DNA of 37,344 nucleotides from a virus (Duplodnaviria > Caudoviricetes), in the IMG/VR virus record IMGVR_UViG_3300011438_000025, positions 1 through 37,344 of that record; one strand, given 5' to 3'. The notes under the pieces were generated by a model, which was not told the DNA's origin, did no database searches, and saw only the letters and a program-made list of their open reading frames with translations. The number at the start of each line of letters is the position of its first letter. Positions within the stretch are counted from its first letter, which is position 1. Positions 33,861 through 37,344 of this stretch are shown in pieces. The position numbers and the translations under genes are program-made.

Positions 33861-36800
33861 CTACGGAGCGACTCCTACCAGCAACCAATCAAAGGCCACC
33901 GAGTCCCCAGCATCGCTCGACGCCACGGTAAAGGAGGTCCCTGCCACTCGTGCGGTCACCCGCAGCCGTCCGTTGTAGGTGCCCGTTTCTTTCGGGAAAC
34001 AGAAAATGCGGGTGTTGGTTTCAATGGAGGTGTTGGCAATCGTCACGGTGCCGCTGGAAAGCGTGGAGGTGCCCATGCGCGCGTTGCTGCCTTCGATGAT
34101 GTGCAGGCCTTGGCCGGCGGTTTGGAAATAGAGTTGGCCGTTGAGGATGAATTGTTGCGAGCCGTTCATCCCGAATCCGTAAATGAAAGCGTTGGTGGCG
34201 GTGGCGGCCGCGTGGACGTAAAAGGCGTGGCCGGCGTGGTAAATGGCCTCATCGGGCCAAACGTAATATTGGGTGTCCCGATCGCTGGCGCCAAAAGCGT
34301 TGTTCTGGCTGATGCCCAGTGTGCCGGGGCTGCCGTTGCGGTGCAGCGTGATGCCGTAGCCGGTCTGGTCGGCCATGTCGATATGAAGGGCCCGCTCTTC
34401 GACGGTGTCGGCGAGCGTGCCGGTGCCGAGCGCGGTCGGGTAATCGTAGCCGGCGCCGGCATTGAGAATCACGTTGTTGTGGACGAGCAGCCGGCCGAGC
34501 GTGCTGCGGACCATGTCGCTGGAGGAATTGCCGGAGACGGTGTTGTTGGCAAAAACTCCGTTCGTCACGCCGATGTCCGCACAGATGGCGGCCACGGTGG
34601 AATTATTGGTGATGACGTTGTCGGTGATGATCGCGCGGCCGGTGGTGGTGATGACGAGCGGACTTTCCGAGTCCGCATAGCCGGGGATGTAGTTGCGGGT
34701 CAGGAGCAGGTCGGGGGTCTGGGTGATATCGATGCGGCCGACATCGTTATCGTGGACACGCACTTTGCGGCCGGAGAGGGTGACGCCACGGCGTTCGACG
34801 CCGGCGGGGGCGACGATGGTGTTGCGCGAGAACTCGATGTCCGCGCTGGCGCCGGTCATGAGCACGGCGGTGCGCTTGTTCATCGCGTTGGTGATGTTGA
34901 ACGTGCAATCGGTGATCTTGATGAAGCCGGTGCTGGCGGTGAATTGGAGGATGCAAGGCGGTGTGCCGGAGCCGGCGGCGCCCGAAAAATCAAAGGTGAC
35001 GTTCTCGATGGCCAGATTCTCGTAATGGATGGGCTCGACGTTGCGCATCGCGTATTCCTCGCCTGGCGGCGTGACGATCCGACAGTTGCGGATCACCATA
35101 TTCTTCATGATGGGCGGGCGCAGGAAGCTCTCGGAAGAGGGGAGCGTGTTGCCGAGGCCGGCGAGGGTGCTTTCGTAATGGCCTCCGTCCACGACCAGGC
35201 CGGTGGAGTTGCCCTCCCACCAGAGCGGGCTCGAGGTGACGCGCACATCGTTGTTGCGCACGACGGTCCCGGGCGCGGCGTTCAGCTCGATGCCCACGCC
35301 GGTGCCACGGATCTGATTGTTCTCGATGACGATCGAGGAATACATGTTGGTGACGACGAACCCGGTCTGCACGTAATCGCTGGTGGGGGTGTTGATGCGG
35401 ACGTAAATCGCGCCGTTGATGCCGAAGCTGCCGCTGATGGTGTTGCCGCGAATGAGGCCGGGGTAATTGTAGATGTTCGTGCCGTTGGCGTCGGTGAAGC
35501 CGGCGTCACCGGAGTAGGCCACGATCACGCCGGTGGGCGTGTCCATATCGATCATCGTGTTATCGAGGAACTTGAAATCAGGCGAGGCGCTGAACAGGAC
35601 GCAGATCTTATTCGGGTTCGATCCTATGAAGGTGTTGCCCTGGACGAGCGGGGCGAGAGGCGAGCGATAAACGCCGTCTCGGGACGGAAAGGTGGCCTCG
35701 TTAAAGAGCCAGTCCAGGCGGTTGCCGACTCCGAAGGTGATCCCACTTTTGACAAAGCGGTTGTTCAAGATCTGCATGTAGGATCCGCCGCCGTTGGAGA
35801 TGGCTTTGCCTGTGCCCTGGTTGAAAAGGTTGTTGCGAATGACGACGTTGGTCGCTAGATGAACGTTGATCGCGGGGCAATAGCCGGTGTTATTCTCGGT
35901 CTCGGCCGTGGGAAAGAGGCCGGCTTGATTCAAGACGAATCCTTCGACGACTGTGTTATGAGCGGTAATGGTGAAAATGGAGGAGAGATGAGCCAAGGTT
36001 CCCTCTGTCGGGTTGCGGTAGCGCTGTTCTATGACGGCCTGATCCCCGGAGAGGATGACCGACCCGTTAGTCACCCACGTGCTGCACAATTGGAAGGGGT
36101 TTGGTGTGCGGGGGAAAAAAACCTTCCCGTTGAAAAGCTGCTTGTGGTGTATCGCATCCTGAACGGCGCGCGTGTCATCTGTAAAACCATCGGCTACGGC
36201 GCCGTATCCCAGAACCGTGTCGAGCCAGTTTGCGTCGAAGACCTGGAGATTCTCGAAAGCTTTTCCGTCCAGTGGCGAGAAATAGGCCGTGTACCAATCG
36301 CGGGCTTGAATGCCACCAATGGTAAAGTTGGTCACTGCGCCCAGGTCGATTAGATAGCCGGTGTTGTTCGTGGAGCCGGGTGTCTCCAGGCGGCCGCGTA
36401 ACTTGAGGTTCGCAATGGAGGCGTTCGTCACGCCGGCCGGAACGGTGAGCAAAGCCCAGCTTGCGGTTTGCAGTCCTTCGAAGTGCAGTCCTCCGCCTGG
36501 CGCGCCGATGAGCGAGCAATTGCTGCGCATCGTGATCTTGTTGGTGACGGGGTCGATGGGGTAATCGGCGGTGATCCAGATGCTTCCTTGCCCCCGCGCG
36601 CTCGTGTAGTTAATGGCCGATTGAATCGTCGCGTTGTTGACCAGCCCCCCAAACCACTGCGGATAGACATCGGTGTTCTCGAGGCGCCGTTTTATCCTCC
36701 CGACATTATTGTTCGGCGTGATGACCGTGCCCAGATCGTCGTTCTCTATGCCGAGCGGATCGACGTAGAAGGTGCCGCCGCCGCCGTCGTTGGCGCTCAG

Positions 36801-37067
36801 GTAACCTATAAGCTGGTAGCCGGTAGTCGTGTTGGTCGCGGGCATGGCGCGAAGGGCGGCCATGTTCGGTACCGTCAGCAGGTTCGTGACGAATCCAAAT
36901 TGTGAATCGAGCGTTGAGAAATTTGTGTTGGCGATCTGCAAGGCGGTGCGGATGCGATCGCCGGTCATGTCGTTGGCGGAGGCGCCGACGTTGATGCGCG
37001 TCACCGCGGGGAAGGCTGAAGGCTGAAGGCTGAAGGCTAAAACAAGAGAAAGGAGGATCGCGCGCAT
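33861..37067 (-). CDS. Tailspike-like beta-helix protein (putative depolymerase) with signal-peptide-like N-terminus
   Basis: 1068 aa. Virion-attachment-like motif INVGASANDMTGDRIRTALQIANTNF; GYLSANDGGGGTF; YGAVADGFTDDTRAVQDAI (pectate-lyase-3-like); many IxNNxI repeats. Confidence 0.85.
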   Translation of the reverse strand: MRAILLSLVLAFSLQPSAFPAVTRINVGASANDMTGDRIRTALQIANTNFSTLDSQFGFVTNLLTVPNMAALRAMPATNTTTGYQLIGYLSANDGGGGTFYVDPLGIENDDLGTVITPNNNVGRIKRRLENTDVYPQWFGGLVNNATIQSAINYTSARGQGSIWITADYPIDPVTNKITMRSNCSLIGAPGGGLHFEGLQTASWALLTVPAGVTNASIANLKLRGRLETPGSTNNTGYLIDLGAVTNFTIGGIQARDWYTAYFSPLDGKAFENLQVFDANWLDTVLGYGAVADGFTDDTRAVQDAIHHKQLFNGKVFFPRTPNPFQLCSTWVTNGSVILSGDQAVIEQRYRNPTEGTLAHLSSIFTITAHNTVVEGFVLNQAGLFPTAETENNTGYCPAINVHLATNVVIRNNLFNQGTGKAISNGGGSYMQILNNRFVKSGITFGVGNRLDWLFNEATFPSRDGVYRSPLAPLVQGNTFIGSNPNKICVLFSASPDFKFLDNTMIDMDTPTGVIVAYSGDAGFTDANGTNIYNYPGLIRGNTISGSFGINGAIYVRINTPTSDYVQTGFVVTNMYSSIVIENNQIRGTGVGIELNAAPGTVVRNNDVRVTSSPLWWEGNSTGLVVDGGHYESTLAGLGNTLPSSESFLRPPIMKNMVIRNCRIVTPPGEEYAMRNVEPIHYENLAIENVTFDFSGAAGSGTPPCILQFTASTGFIKITDCTFNITNAMNKRTAVLMTGASADIEFSRNTIVAPAGVERRGVTLSGRKVRVHDNDVGRIDITQTPDLLLTRNYIPGYADSESPLVITTTGRAIITDNVITNNSTVAAICADIGVTNGVFANNTVSGNSSSDMVRSTLGRLLVHNNVILNAGAGYDYPTALGTGTLADTVEERALHIDMADQTGYGITLHRNGSPGTLGISQNNAFGASDRDTQYYVWPDEAIYHAGHAFYVHAAATATNAFIYGFGMNGSQQFILNGQLYFQTAGQGLHIIEGSNARMGTSTLSSGTVTIANTSIETNTRIFCFPKETGTYNGRLRVTARVAGTSFTVASSDAGDSVAFDWLLVGVAP

Positions 37068-37113
37068 CGTTGCTCACGCGCGGGGAGTCAATTCTGACTT
37101 TAGCCTTTAGCCT

Positions 37114-37344
37114 TTAGCCTTTAGCCTTTTCTTCGTTGATGGCGTCGAGGATAGCAGCTCGCTCGAAGGTGCTCATTTTCTGAATGAAACTCACCCAGCG
37201 TAGTTTTTTGCGTTTGATGCGCTCGCGCTCGCGGAAGTTGCGGCCCAGGTAGCGGTAGTCGTGAAGCTCCAGCGGCGGCGGGAAGTTCATCCAAACCCAT
37301 TCCTCGGCGATGTTGCCGCCCCGCGTGATCGTCGTAAATCTCGC
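37114..37344 (-). CDS. C-terminus of a Dam-like DNA adenine methyltransferase (partial)
   Basis: Hand translation: ...TRGGNIAEEWVWMNFPPPLELHDYRYLGRNFRERERIKRKKLRW...EEKAKG*, resembling phage D12-class methylase C-termini. Catalytic motifs lie outside the window. Confidence 0.55.
   Translation of the reverse strand, partial: ARFTTITRGGNIAEEWVWMNFPPPLELHDYRYLGRNFRERERIKRKKLRWVSFIQKMSTFERAAILDAINEEKAKG

Larger units (their letters stand above)
518..37091 (-). promoter_or_regulatory. Dispersed TTGACT motif 13-18 nt upstream of late start codons
   Basis: AGTCAA on the plus strand at 518, 2522, 4475, 5218, 6213, 19239, 23965, 25982, 26983 and 37086, plus 17358 at a longer distance. Confidence 0.8.
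444..37129. repeat. Dispersed heptamer repeat family GGCT(G/A)AA at late-gene boundaries
   Basis: Arrays at about 444-474, 530-561, 2208-2250, 2635-2664, 4479-4558, 16940-17013, 18541-18571, 18609-18639, 19246-19301, 20315-20392, 25989-26078, 26547-26650, 26990-27045, 33734-33795, 33829-33859, 37012-37041, 37098-37129. Confidence 0.95.

Noticed and set aside
34101-35858. 585-aa plus-strand ORF
   Set aside because: Antisense shadow of the tailspike gene in GC-rich DNA; V/G/D/A-rich with no recognisable motifs.
17016-37067. Diversity-generating retroelement or invertase-driven tail fibre switching
   Set aside because: No reverse transcriptase or serine invertase seen, and no TR/VR pair differing at adenines. 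The similar Ig repeats near 32150 and 32710 are ordinary domain duplications.
444-37129. Heptamer arrays or attC-like units as a CRISPR array
   Set aside because: No constant 23-47 bp repeat with regular unique spacers, and no cas genes.

Overview
Almost the whole window is one temperate, lambda-like tailed phage with high GC. The host is probably Verrucomicrobiota; this is inferred from a GTAG-type REP hairpin and the integrase type. The integrase and an attP-like site lie mid-window with phage genes on both sides, so this looks like the excised or circular form. Left (minus strand): HTH regulator, terminase small and large subunits, gpW-like protein and portal. Centre: integrase, a divergent pair of ribbon-helix-helix regulators, an excisionase-like protein, a replication initiator with iterons and a DnaC-like loader, then small accessory genes (12.8-16.7 kb, plus strand). 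Right (minus strand): Dam-like fragment, tailspike, a 2257-aa Ig-repeat protein, holin- and lipoprotein-like genes, head-tail and tail genes. No capsid, protease or endolysin gene was recognised. Three observations stand out. (1) The accessory genes form an integron-like cassette array with no IntI in the window. The attC-like sites point opposite to the genes, start codons sit inside the attC loops, and cassette ends are complementary over 8-11 bp. (2) A 7-bp repeat, GGCT(G/A)AA, marks most late-gene boundaries and is translated into signal-peptide-like N-termini on four virion-type proteins. (3) A TTGACT motif lies only 13-18 nt upstream of ten late start codons. All product calls are from motif recognition and gene order; no database search was run.
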